A stretch of 64,000 nt of DNA from Pseudomonadales bacterium (GCA_024234855.1 JACKNN010000006.1:54708-118707), one strand, 5' to 3'. Positions 37,427 through 45,668 are shown, numbered from the stretch's first letter. A program made the numbers and translations. The notes: a model not told the origin generated them from the letters alone.

Positions 37427-38305
37427 TTAAGCGGCCTTCCTCATTTCAACCATTGCTGACTCGTACTCACTGGGGCTGACATATCCCAGATACGAATGCA
37501 GTCTCCGGCTGTTGTAAAACATCGTCATGTAGTCCAGCACGTCCTGCTGAGCTTCATAGCGTGTCTGATAGCTGTGCCAGTGGACCCGTTCCTTCTTCAA
37601 GCTGGCAAAGAAACTTTCCGCCACACTATTGTCCCAACAATTTCCCTTGCGACTCATGCTGCCGATAAAACCATGCTTTGCCAGTAATCGCCGGTAAGCC
37701 TTGCTGGCGTACTGTGAGCCGCGATCTGAATGCACTATCAACCCCGGCTTAGGCCGACGCTGCCAAATCGCCATACGGAGCGCGTCAGTCACCAGGCTCG
37801 CCTTCATGCGTGAACTCATACTCCAGCCCACCACCCGCCGGGAAAAAAGGTCGATGACCACCGCCAGGTACAGCCACCCCTCCTGGGTCCACAGATAGGT
37901 GATATCCGAGACATAGGCCTGATCGGGACCAGAGACCGAAAACTGGCGGTCCAGTACGTTCTCAAAGAGCGGCTGCTGGTGATTGCTGTTCGTGGTCACC
38001 TTGTATTTCTTGCGGTGTCGAACGGTAATACCAGCTTCCCGCATGAGCTTTCTGGCCTTCTGGCGGCTGACCGGGTAGCCCAAAGCATTCAGGGCACGCT
38101 TCATGCGGCGTGTGCCGTAGCTGTTATCGCTGGCCTTCGCGATCTCCTTGACAGCCTCCAGCATTTCCTGGTGTTCAGGATCCGGTTGCGTCGTATTCCT
38201 GCGTTTGCAATAGCTGTAATAGCCATTGCGGGTGACACCCAGTAATCGACACATCAGGTCGACAGGCCAGGTCTTCTTGTATCGGGTGATGAACGCGTAT
38301 TTCAT
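37427..38305 (-). CDS. IS3-family transposase OrfB (DDE catalytic domain), expressed by -1 frameshift as OrfAB
   Basis: WLYLAVVIDLFSRRVVGW, HSDRGSQYAS and NCWDNSVAESFFASLKKE form the DDE triad context. The -1 frame from the A7 run reads directly into this ORF. Confidence 0.9.
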   Translation of the reverse strand: MKYAFITRYKKTWPVDLMCRLLGVTRNGYYSYCKRRNTTQPDPEHQEMLEAVKEIAKASDNSYGTRRMKRALNALGYPVSRQKARKLMREAGITVRHRKKYKVTTNSNHQQPLFENVLDRQFSVSGPDQAYVSDITYLWTQEGWLYLAVVIDLFSRRVVGWSMSSRMKASLVTDALRMAIWQRRPKPGLIVHSDRGSQYASKAYRRLLAKHGFIGSMSRKGNCWDNSVAESFFASLKKERVHWHSYQTRYEAQQDVLDYMTMFYNSRRLHSYLGYVSPSEYESAMVEMRKAA

Positions 38306-38601
38306 CGCGTTTCCTTGGCGAAGAAGACCGTCGCTTTTTTTAGGATCTCTTTCTCCATCTTCAGGCGTCGATTCTCTTCCTTCAAGCGTCGAATCTCGGC
38401 TTGATCCGGAGTCAGTTTTCCATTTCCGCGAAACGCCTGGCCTTCATCGGATTCGGATTCTTTGATCCAGCGCTGTAGCACGCTACGGTTGAGTTCCAGA
38501 CTTCTCGCTGCCTCCGTAATTGTGTAGCCCTGATCAGTTACCAGGCTAATAGCATCCAGTTTAAATTCCTTCGAATATTGCTTTCTCGTACTCATTTCCA
38601 A
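38302..38601 (-). CDS. IS3-family transposase OrfA (HTH)
   Basis: YSKEFKLDAISLV...TITEAARSLELNRSVLQRWIKE, followed by a leucine-zipper-like region. The slippery A AAA AAA G is at 38335-38341 (T-run on the + strand). Confidence 0.9.
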   Translation of the reverse strand: MEMSTRKQYSKEFKLDAISLVTDQGYTITEAARSLELNRSVLQRWIKESESDEGQAFRGNGKLTPDQAEIRRLKEENRRLKMEKEILKKATVFFAKETR

Positions 38602-38705
38602 TCTCCAGTTTGGGGTATTATCCCTTAACTGGGTTGGTCACATCTATTGAACCACTTCAAGTGACAGAAATAGTGCCACATTTATGAAAACTGAATTAGT
38701 GACTA

Positions 38706-38754
38706 CATAGAAGCGTCAGGCGAATGCTACGCGCCGCAGCTTGAAGTGTTAACT
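38706..38754 (+). repeat. attC remnant (3' half of class attC2/attC6), core GTTAACT
   Basis: ...GCGCCGCAGCTTGAAGTGTTAACT matches the 3' arms of attC2 and attC6. The 5' arm (CATAGAAGC) is degenerate. Confidence 0.45.
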
Positions 38755-38827
38755 GGCGGAGGAGGTCCCTATCGAAGTTCTAGGATACATAATTGAATTC
38801 TCCATTGGTCTGGCGGGATTCTCTGGG

Positions 38828-39265
38828 GTGATCGCTGTGTTCACATCGCGCTCCCAGGCTAACGTGGGTTTGGATCGATTCAGGATTAGAAATCTTCTAC
38901 TCTTTTCGATGGGTCCCGCTTTTTTGTGCTTCATTGCAATCGCGCTTCTGGAAATCACCAGTACCGAAAACTGCGCATGGAGACTGGCGTGCATATTCCA
39001 GTCGCTGTTTCTTCTGCTGATAATTGCTGCGACTTTGAAAGCGAAAGGCAAACTTACTGAAGCTCAGTACTCGCAGATAAATGTTCCGGTAATGCGTGCA
39101 GTGTTAGTTGTGTTCTCGCTTGTGAGCGTAGTTCTACTCCTAACCGGTTTGGGTATGATCGGGCTTGAGGCTTTCGTGCTCTTCTATGTGGGTCTGGTAG
39201 TAGTTCTTTTGGTGGGTGTATATCAATTTTTCAGAGCAGTTTTGGAGGGACTACAAGGCACCTGA
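38828..39265 (+). CDS. Cassette 10: four-TM membrane protein, paralogue of cassette 2 (true start probably upstream, at or after 38753)
   Basis: The track ORF starts at GTG 38828. Similarity to cassette 2 continues in frame upstream (IEVLGYIIEFSIGLAGFSGVIAVFTSR versus FYLLAEVAIAVAGFAGVATVFGGR), back to the stop at 38750-38752. Only non-ATG start candidates (CTG 38753, ATC 38771, ATT 38792) are available. Confidence 0.6.
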   Translation: MIAVFTSRSQANVGLDRFRIRNLLLFSMGPAFLCFIAIALLEITSTENCAWRLACIFQSLFLLLIIAATLKAKGKLTEAQYSQINVPVMRAVLVVFSLVSVVLLLTGLGMIGLEAFVLFYVGLVVVLLVGVYQFFRAVLEGLQGT

Positions 39266-39406
39266 GCTTTCTGACTGGAGAGCGCAAGCAGCCGCCCCTT
39301 CGGGGCTGGACCTCGCTACGCCGGGTCGTTGGTGCCAGAAAGTACCAAAGACAAGCTGATTCCACCCATATAGAATCTATCGGAGAATCAGCCCGTCGCC
39401 ATAGGC

Positions 39407-39413
39407 GTTACGT
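39407..39413 (+). repeat. Possible attC core (GTTACGT) closing cassette 10
   Basis: GGCGTTACGT lies immediately before the next ORF, as at other cassette junctions. No convincing R'' partner was found in the preceding 140 bp, which contains a CCCCTTCGGGG hairpin. Confidence 0.3.
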
Positions 39414-39417
39414 CTGT

Positions 39418-39783
39418 ATGTCAGGGAGTGTCATGCATCCTGTTTTGATATCCGTAGTCCTTTTAATCTGCAGCAATGTCTTCATGACGTTTGCATGGTA
39501 TGCACATCTGAAAGAACTCAATAACAAGCCCTGGATAATTGCTGCCCTGGTGAGTTGGGGAGTTGCGCTCTTCGAGTACCTGTTTCAGGTCCCTGCGAAC
39601 CGGTTGGGCTTTACGGTGCTGTCGGTGGGGCAACTGAAAATCATTCAGGAAGTTATTACTCTTACCGTGTTTGTGCCGTTTTCGGTGATGTATCTCAAGG
39701 AACCACTGAAACTCGACTACTTATGGGCTGGGTTTTGTCTCGTTGGTGCCGTGTATTTTATGTTCAGGGGCAAGTTCGTGTAA
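39418..39783 (+). CDS. DMT-superfamily small membrane protein (DUF486)
   Basis: NVFMTFAWYAHLK...FEYLFQVPANRLGF...GQLKIIQEVITLTVF matches the conserved DUF486/DMT family pattern. 121 aa. Confidence 0.75.
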   Translation: MSGSVMHPVLISVVLLICSNVFMTFAWYAHLKELNNKPWIIAALVSWGVALFEYLFQVPANRLGFTVLSVGQLKIIQEVITLTVFVPFSVMYLKEPLKLDYLWAGFCLVGAVYFMFRGKFV

Positions 39784-39831
39784 CAGGGCCGTCTGCCTGT
39801 GCGCGGCTCAATGTGGCTTTAGGTATTTGGC

Positions 39832-40131
39832 ATGAAATCGGACAGCGCTTCACTGGATGGGCCGGTAAAACTTAAGGTCAGGGTTGTCCCGGGGGCGTCC
39901 CGGTCTGCAATATCCGGATGGCTTGATGATGTGCTGAAAGTTCGGGTTTCTGCCCAGCCTGAGAAGGGAAAAGCCAACACGGCGGTGGTTATGTTACTGT
40001 CCGGCAGGCTCGGCCTTCCCAAAAGCTCGCTCAATATATCGTCGGGGAAAACATCCCCGAACAAGGTCATCGAAATTCACGGCTTATCAATCGCAGAGGT
40101 CATGCGTAAGTTGGATGCTGACAGCGCCTGA
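39832..40131 (+). CDS. DUF167 (YggU-like) family protein
   Basis: VKLKVRVVPGASRSAISGWLDDVLKVRVSAQPEKGKANTAVVMLLS is the YggU/UPF0235 signature. 99 aa. Confidence 0.75.
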   Translation: MKSDSASLDGPVKLKVRVVPGASRSAISGWLDDVLKVRVSAQPEKGKANTAVVMLLSGRLGLPKSSLNISSGKTSPNKVIEIHGLSIAEVMRKLDADSA

Positions 40132-40145
40132 CAGGAGTGAAGTGA

Positions 40146-40352
40146 ATGGAAAGCGAATATCAGTTCATCTGGGGATTGCTGTTCGGAGCTATAGGTTTCG
40201 GCTATTTTCTGTATGGCAGAAAACAACGGGTGGCCATGCCATTCCTCAGCGGCATAGCACTTTGTGTTTTTCCCTACTTCGTAAGCAATGTGTACACGAT
40301 GGTCTTAACTGGCGTGGTGCTGCTGGCACTTCCATACTTCATAAGAGTCTAG
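40146..40352 (+). CDS. Small two-TM membrane protein, unknown function
   Basis: 68 aa with two hydrophobic helices, starting 15 nt downstream of the DUF167 gene. Confidence 0.5.
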   Translation: MESEYQFIWGLLFGAIGFGYFLYGRKQRVAMPFLSGIALCVFPYFVSNVYTMVLTGVVLLALPYFIRV

Positions 40353-40365
40353 TCAGTCGCGTCTG

Positions 40366-40419
40366 CCGGCCTCTAGCAAGCGGAGCGGGAATAGCGGGGC
40401 AGGTGAGAGGGCGTTAAGG
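40366..40419 (+). repeat. Possible last attC (degenerate), core GTTAAGG at 40413-40419
   Basis: CTCTAGCAAGCGG ... GAGAGG-GC-GTTAAGG. The R'' is TAGC rather than TAAC. This call is weak. Confidence 0.3.
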
Positions 40420-40468
40420 AATTGCATGCCCATTGTCGATTTGTTGGTCCACAGCTACCGGGGAAAAT

Positions 40469-41053
40469 ATGTATATACCCGCACAATTTGCAATATCCGA
40501 CAGGGCTGAGATATTCGCCTTTATAGAAGCCAATGCCTTTGGCCAGCTTATCTCGACGGTAGACAACAGGCTCTTTGTTACCCACCTGCCTTTTCTCGTT
40601 TCCGGCGACAGGACCCGGCTGTTCGGCCATGTGGCCAGGCAGAACCCACAGCACCTCGATCTGGACGGTCAGGAGATACTGGTCACTTTCGAGGGGCCAC
40701 ACGATTACATTTCGCCCTCCTGGTACGGCAGCCCGGGCGTCCCCACCTGGAACTACCAGGCGGTTCACGTTTACGGCAAGTGTGCTGTATTTAATGAGCC
40801 CGGCAGGCTGGCAGAGCTGGTGGGCCGCCTTACGGAAAAATACGAATCGGCCTTTGAGGTGCCATGGCGGCCCGAGTACAAGGCGACGATGCTGGGCGCC
40901 ATTGTCGGTATAGAGATTCTCATTGGCGAGGTTCAGGGCAAGTTCAAGCTGAGCCAGAACCGGCCGGACAATGATCGACTGGCAGTGATAAAGGCGCTGG
41001 AAGAAAACGGCTCCACCAAACTGGCCGCCGCCATGAAAGTCCATAAATCCTGA
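40469..41053 (+). CDS. PaiB-family FMN-binding transcriptional regulator-like protein
   Basis: MYIPAQFAISDRAEIFAFIEANAFGQLIS...HLPF...GKFKLSQNR are PaiB family hallmarks. The start is ATG 40469. Confidence 0.8.
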   Translation: MYIPAQFAISDRAEIFAFIEANAFGQLISTVDNRLFVTHLPFLVSGDRTRLFGHVARQNPQHLDLDGQEILVTFEGPHDYISPSWYGSPGVPTWNYQAVHVYGKCAVFNEPGRLAELVGRLTEKYESAFEVPWRPEYKATMLGAIVGIEILIGEVQGKFKLSQNRPDNDRLAVIKALEENGSTKLAAAMKVHKS

Positions 41054-41094
41054 TAGAATCCAGTATCGTACAACCATGTGATGAGAATATTTTG

Positions 41095-41688
41095 ATGAGT
41101 GAAGCTCTGGACCAATCCGTATTGAATCAGGCGTTTGTCAACGCCCGCACAACCAACAAGTTTACCGGGCGGGACGTGCCGGATGCGCTGATTTTACAGC
41201 TGTACGAGCTGATGAAGTGGGGGCCTACCTCGATGAACTGCCAGCCCGGCCATTACGTCATGGTTAAGAGCGAGGCGGCGAAGCAGCGTTTGATTCCGGC
41301 CCTGATGCCGGGCAACCGGGACAAGACCCTGGGCGCACCGGTTACGGTGATTGTCGCTACTGATACCCGGTTTTATGAAAACCTGTCGAGCCAGTTCCCC
41401 GCCAACCCAAAGGCCGGTGAGATGTTTGAGTCCAGTGCCGAGCTGTCCCGGGTGACGGCATTCAGGAATGGCACCTTGCAGGGGGCCTACCTGATACTGG
41501 CCGCCCGCATGCTGGGCCTGGATTGTGGGCCGATGAGCGGCTTTGATAACCGCGCGGTCGATGCCGAGTTCTTTCCGGAAGGACGATATCAATCCAATTT
41601 CCTGGTCAATATCGGCTTTGGCGACCCCGCTGGCAATCACCCCAGGGGGCCGAGGCTCGCATTTGATCAGGCCGTGGAGGTTGTTTGA
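41095..41688 (+). CDS. Nitroreductase-family protein, RutE-like (malonic semialdehyde reductase-like)
   Basis: FVNARTTNKF...LMKWGPTSMNCQP...AFRNGTLQGAYLILAARMLGLDCGPMSGFD closely follows the RutE pattern. Confidence 0.8.
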   Translation: MSEALDQSVLNQAFVNARTTNKFTGRDVPDALILQLYELMKWGPTSMNCQPGHYVMVKSEAAKQRLIPALMPGNRDKTLGAPVTVIVATDTRFYENLSSQFPANPKAGEMFESSAELSRVTAFRNGTLQGAYLILAARMLGLDCGPMSGFDNRAVDAEFFPEGRYQSNFLVNIGFGDPAGNHPRGPRLAFDQAVEVV

Positions 41689-41711
41689 TGACCGGTAGTG
41701 AGTAGGGGCCT

Positions 41712-42017
41712 ATGTTCGCGGTGATATTCAAGGCGGAGATCGCTCAGCTGGATGCTGAATATAGCGATATGGCGGCCCATATGAGGGAGCTGGCTATCAG
41801 CCAGTACGGATGTACCCAGTTCACCAGTTGCACCGAGGGTAACAGGGAGATTGCGATCTCTTACTGGGAGTCCCAGGACCAGATCCGGCGCTGGAAGCAG
41901 GACGCGGCACACCTGGTGGCGCAAGACAAGGGGCGTTCAAAATGGTACAGCGCGTATACCGTGGAAGTGGTCGAGCTGGTGCGCAGTTATGGCTCGGGCA
42001 GCCTGGCACCCTTATGA
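41712..42017 (+). CDS. Antibiotic-biosynthesis-monooxygenase (ABM) domain protein
   Basis: 101 aa. VIFKAE...ISYWESQDQIRRWKQ is the ferredoxin-like ABM fold signature. Confidence 0.7.
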   Translation: MFAVIFKAEIAQLDAEYSDMAAHMRELAISQYGCTQFTSCTEGNREIAISYWESQDQIRRWKQDAAHLVAQDKGRSKWYSAYTVEVVELVRSYGSGSLAPL

Positions 42018-42274
42018 ATGAGAAATTGCCTATGCCCGGCTCCGGGCGCGCAGCCGATGTCAGGCAAAGGCGGGGTACCGCGGTGCTGCTGTGTGTGCTC
42101 GCCCTGGCGGCCTGCAGCCAGCGCCAGGTGTACGACACCATCCAGAACAATCAGCAACTGGAGTGCCAGAAGCTGCCGGGCACCCAGTACGAGGAATGCA
42201 TGAAGCAGGTCTCGGAGCCCTATGATGACTATAAGCGGGAGCGGGACGAACTGGTAAAGGAAAAGCCACCGTAG
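42014..42274 (+). CDS. Small lipoprotein, unknown function
   Basis: Lipobox LALAAC after a basic N-terminus. 86 aa from ATG 42014. Overlaps the ABM gene stop (ATGA). Confidence 0.6.
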   Translation: MNEKLPMPGSGRAADVRQRRGTAVLLCVLALAACSQRQVYDTIQNNQQLECQKLPGTQYEECMKQVSEPYDDYKRERDELVKEKPP

Positions 42275-42413
42275 CATGACCGTGGCTTGCGGGAGCTGGC
42301 GCCCGGACCCCGGCCTTTGCGGTGGATTCGCGCCGCAATCAACCGTACTATCGGCAGGGCCAGTCACTGGCACATTCCTGTCCAAGAACCACAAGCAGCC
42401 GCATAGGAGAGAT

Positions 42414-42965
42414 ATGGCCGAGCGATTTTCCTCCCTGCAGGACCGGCACATCCGGTTTATCGCGGAGCAGCACCTGTTTTTCGTGGGCACCGCCGGCCGG
42501 GAGGGTTATATCAATGTCTCGCCCAAGGGCATGGACAGTTTCAGGGTAACCAGCCCCACGGAGGTCGCCTGGCTCAACCTCACCGGCAGCGGCAATGAGA
42601 GCGCCGCGCACGTGGCAGAGAATGGCCGCATGACCATCATGTTCTGCTCCTTCGGCAAGCAGCCCCTGATCATGCGATTGTATGGCCAGGCGACGGTGGT
42701 GCATCCCCGGGATGGGGACTGGCCCGCCCTGCTGGCATTGTTTCCGGCCGAACCGGGCGCGCGGCAGATCTTCCGTCTCACGCTGGACCTGGTGCTAACC
42801 TCCTGCGGCTACGCCGTTCCCCGCTACGAATTGAAAAGCGAGCGGCCAACCCTGACCAGGTGGACGGAGCAAAAGGGGCCGGATGGTATCAGGCAGTACT
42901 GGCAAGAAAAAAATACCCTGACCCTGGACGGCAAGCCCACCGGCATTTTCGCGGATATCGAATAG
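42414..42965 (+). CDS. Pyridoxamine 5'-phosphate oxidase-family (FMN-binding split-barrel) protein
   Basis: HIRFIAEQHLFFVGTAGREGYINVSPKG...LNLTGSGNESAAHV...MFCSF...LRLYG pattern. The start is ATG 42414. Confidence 0.75.
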   Translation: MAERFSSLQDRHIRFIAEQHLFFVGTAGREGYINVSPKGMDSFRVTSPTEVAWLNLTGSGNESAAHVAENGRMTIMFCSFGKQPLIMRLYGQATVVHPRDGDWPALLALFPAEPGARQIFRLTLDLVLTSCGYAVPRYELKSERPTLTRWTEQKGPDGIRQYWQEKNTLTLDGKPTGIFADIE

Positions 42966-42998
42966 CTCCGCCGTCCAGACTCCCCAAAAGGATATCAA

Positions 42999-43334
42999 AT
43001 GAGTGATGTACCGCCCTGCCCTGAATGCAAGTCACCGTACGGCTACGATGACGGCAATATGTTCGTCTGCCCGGAGTGTGGTCACGAGTGGTCAAAGGAC
43101 GCCGCTACCGCGGGCGATGATCCTGTCATCAAGGATGCCAACGGCAATGTGCTGAGCGACGGTGATACCGTCACCGTGATCAAGGACCTCAAGGTCAAGG
43201 GCACCTCGCTGGTGGTCAAGGTGGGCACCCGGGTCAAGAATATCCGGCTGGTGGAGGGCGACCACGATATTGATTGCAGGATCGATGGCATAGGTGCGAT
43301 GAAACTGAAATCGGAATTTGTCAAAAAGGCCTGA
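42999..43334 (+). CDS. yjdM: Zinc-ribbon protein YjdM (PhnA)
   Basis: [10 protein letters not shown]...CPECGHEW zinc ribbon plus [23 protein letters not shown]...[19 protein letters not shown]. 111 aa. Confidence 0.9.
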   Translation: MSDVPPCPECKSPYGYDDGNMFVCPECGHEWSKDAATAGDDPVIKDANGNVLSDGDTVTVIKDLKVKGTSLVVKVGTRVKNIRLVEGDHDIDCRIDGIGAMKLKSEFVKKA

Positions 43335-43369
43335 ACCGGGTTTGCATCACTATCTGAGCGGAGCCTGTG

Positions 43370-43822
43370 ATGAGCATTGAAAAGGCGTACAACTTTCGGG
43401 CGGCAGCTCATGGCGTGGCTACTGCCGGGCGGGTCGAGCCGGATCAACTGGCGCAACTGGGCAGCGAGGGCTTTGAGGTTGTGATCAATCTGCTGCCCGA
43501 GTCCAGCCAGTACGCGGTCGCCGATGAGCGGCATATCGTGGAGGGGCAGGGCATCGAATACCAGTACCTGCCGGTGGATTTTGCCAATCCGACCCTGGCG
43601 GACTACCGCCAGTTCTGCCAGCTGATGCAGCGGGCAGGGGAGCGCAAGCTGCTGATTCACTGCGCCGCCAACTACCGGGTCAGCGCCTTTTACTCCCGCT
43701 ATGCCATCGAGACCGGTCTTTGGTCGCAGGCGCAGGCGGATGAATTTATGCGGTCTGTGTGGCAGCCCGAGGAACACCCACCCTGGCCTCGCTGGCTGCA
43801 GGAGGTCGCATGCCTGGACTGA
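43370..43822 (+). CDS. Protein-tyrosine-phosphatase-like / DUF442-like domain protein
   Basis: FEVVINLLPES...LLIHCAANYRVSAF resembles the HC(x)nR phosphatase-like loop. The C-to-R spacing is not the canonical Cx5R, so the activity is uncertain. Confidence 0.5.
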   Translation: MSIEKAYNFRAAAHGVATAGRVEPDQLAQLGSEGFEVVINLLPESSQYAVADERHIVEGQGIEYQYLPVDFANPTLADYRQFCQLMQRAGERKLLIHCAANYRVSAFYSRYAIETGLWSQAQADEFMRSVWQPEEHPPWPRWLQEVACLD

Positions 43823-43828
43823 ACTTCG

Positions 43829-43851
43829 GCCGGCGGCTTCAGTCCGCCGGC
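43829..43851. terminator. GC hairpin between convergent genes (possible bidirectional terminator)
   Basis: GCCGGCGG-cttcagt-CCGCCGGC, between the phosphatase-like gene stop (43822) and the imuB stop (43913). It has no clear U-tract. Confidence 0.35.
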
Positions 43852-43912
43852 TGACGAAGTGGTGTGGTACAAATAGTGCAATCACGTGTCGGTGGAATAT
43901 TCTAAGCGGACG

Positions 43913-45343
43913 TCAGGCAAACACCCCGTGGATATACCACTTGCTGGCCAGCCGGTCGCGAAACACCCAGTACTGCTGACCGCTGCCGTCCCCGGCGATG
44001 TAATAGTCCCGGCTCACCGCTTCCTGCCACCAGTTGTCCTCTATCCGCTCCGGACCATGCAGCAGGGTCAGCGCACCGTTCCAGTACAGCCGCTGGCGGG
44101 ATTGTCGCAGCGGCTGGGGCCGGGGCATGAGCCAGAACGGGCGCTGGGCGCCGGTGTGGCCGGTACCGGGCTCACCGCCAGAGCAGTCGCTGCTGACATG
44201 CACGGCAAATTCCGGCAGGTGCTCGTCCCGACAACCGACCTTTTCGATGGCCTGTAGCCCCAGCCGGCTGCGCAGCCGATCCAGCAGGTGGGCCAGGGGT
44301 TCCCGCTGCCTGCCGGGATGGAACAGGTCGCTATTCTCCGGTTGCCCCGGGTGTAGATTGCGGCAGCTGAGGATGAGGCCCTCCACGCCGGTCGCCAGTT
44401 GCAGCTGGTCGAAGCAAATGCCGGTGAGCTGGTGCCAGCTTTTCCAGTCGCTGTGACTGCTGGCACTGCGCACACCCACCTCCCGCAGGCTGCGGTCCAT
44501 GCCGACCAGTTGCCAGCAGATTTCGGCAGTTTGCAGCTGGGTACTGCGCAGGAAGGCGCACAGGGACTGCAGCAACATTTGTGCAGCCGGCAGCAATTCG
44601 GCGTTGCCCTTTACTTCATAGCCAAACCAGTACTCGTCGCTGAACGTCGCCGGGGGTTGGTAATCTGCCTGCCTGTCCTCCCGCTGACCCAGCACTTGCT
44701 GCAGGAAGTGGGTGAATTCCCTGCCGCAGCGCCGACCCAGGGCGGCCGGTGGCAGCGCCAGGATATCGCCCAGACTGTGCAGGCCTGCCCGGCGCAGTGA
44801 GTCGACGGCAGTGGGAAAGGCATCGAGCAGGCGCAGCGGCAGGGGCGCGAGCCGCTCGGTGAGGGGGCGGGTTATCTCCAGTGCGGTATCCGCTGGCGTA
44901 AATGACAGCAGCCAGGCGGCTTTGGGGGTGGGGGCCAGGCCGTATTCCACGCTGTAGCCCCGGCGACCAATGCCGCGGCTGACCTCGGCCAACAGGTTGT
45001 CCAGGCCCCGGAACAGGTTCAGGCAGCCACCGATTTCCAGCTGCAGGCAGTCCTGGCGCCAGCTGAAAAGGCCGGGTGTGATGCCGTAGGCCCAGCAGCA
45101 CAGTTGCTGCAGGCAGCGCTGCTCGGCGCCCTCGTCACGCTCCAGCAGCCGCAGTGGCTCACTATTGACCAGGGCGTGCACTGTCGCGGTACCCATACCC
45201 GGCCGGATACCGAGAGCGGCAGCGCAGTTATTGGCGCACAGGACCCGCTGCCTGGCCAGCACCACCACCGCCTGTTCCTCGCAGCGGCTCAGGCACTGCA
45301 GTGGCAACTGGTTGAAGCGCAGGCAGAGCCACAGGCTCACCAC
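43913..45343 (-). CDS. imuB: ImuB, Y-family-polymerase-like mutasome subunit
   Basis: SLWLCLRFNQLPLQCL...VVVLA at the N-terminus and a Y-family fold without the catalytic acidic triad context. The start is placed at GTG 45343 or 45340, downstream of the LexA box. The track ORF start (45478) would include the operator. Confidence 0.85.
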   Translation of the reverse strand: MVSLWLCLRFNQLPLQCLSRCEEQAVVVLARQRVLCANNCAAALGIRPGMGTATVHALVNSEPLRLLERDEGAEQRCLQQLCCWAYGITPGLFSWRQDCLQLEIGGCLNLFRGLDNLLAEVSRGIGRRGYSVEYGLAPTPKAAWLLSFTPADTALEITRPLTERLAPLPLRLLDAFPTAVDSLRRAGLHSLGDILALPPAALGRRCGREFTHFLQQVLGQREDRQADYQPPATFSDEYWFGYEVKGNAELLPAAQMLLQSLCAFLRSTQLQTAEICWQLVGMDRSLREVGVRSASSHSDWKSWHQLTGICFDQLQLATGVEGLILSCRNLHPGQPENSDLFHPGRQREPLAHLLDRLRSRLGLQAIEKVGCRDEHLPEFAVHVSSDCSGGEPGTGHTGAQRPFWLMPRPQPLRQSRQRLYWNGALTLLHGPERIEDNWWQEAVSRDYYIAGDGSGQQYWVFRDRLASKWYIHGVFA

Positions 45344-45403
45344 CAGCCCCCCGGGTGGCAGGCGATATGTCGGGGGGAGAGTGCGCCCATTATGAATTGA
45401 ATA

Positions 45404-45419
45404 CTGTACATATATACAG
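45404..45419 (-). promoter_or_regulatory. LexA (SOS) box upstream of imuB
   Basis: CTGTACATATATACAG within TACTGTACATATATACAGTA, about 60 nt upstream of the proposed imuB start. Confidence 0.85.
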
Positions 45420-45668
45420 TATCTCCCGTTCGGGAGGGCCCTGTCCAGCCCGGCGGGCGCCCGGCCGCAGTGCACCATCCTGGTTTCCAGATGTTACATA
45501 ATGTTACGCGAGAGTGCGCCCGTCCCGCTCATGCAGATCGCGGTAAGTAAATGAAAAAATAATAAATATTTCACAATATTAAACTTGTTCGGGCGGATTT
45601 CAGGGAGGATAGTGGTAACACATTGCCAGCAGGCAATGTTACTTAAAGTATCAAAATGGAGTTTAGTA

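Larger units (their letters stand above)
37396..38659 (-). mobile_element. IS3-family insertion sequence (IS911-like), apparently intact
   Basis: 1264 bp. Terminal inverted repeats TGGAGTGGTCAAGC...GTGACAACCCAGTTAAG (left) and TGAAGTGGTTCAAT...GTGACCAACCCAGTTAAG (right, reverse complement). 3-bp direct repeat AGT at 37393-37395 and 38660-38662. orfA/orfB overlap with an A7G slippery run. Confidence 0.9.
32798..40419 (+). other. Chromosomal integron: decayed intI, attI region and array of about 10-12 gene cassettes
   Basis: An integron-integrase remnant on the minus strand faces a run of short, unrelated plus-strand ORFs. Each ORF is followed by an imperfect palindrome of 56-93 bp that starts (C/T)(A/T)TAAC-AAG and ends GCGTTARR (the attC R''/R' boxes). 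G+C is visibly lower than in the flanks. The right boundary is uncertain. Confidence 0.85.

Noticed and set aside
39784-39831. Possible attC between the DMT gene and the DUF167 gene (GTGTAACAGGG…GCTTTAGGT)
   Set aside because: It is only about 47 bp, with a non-consensus core (CTTTAGG) and poor arm pairing. It is too weak to call as a feature, and I mention it only as a possible fossil junction.
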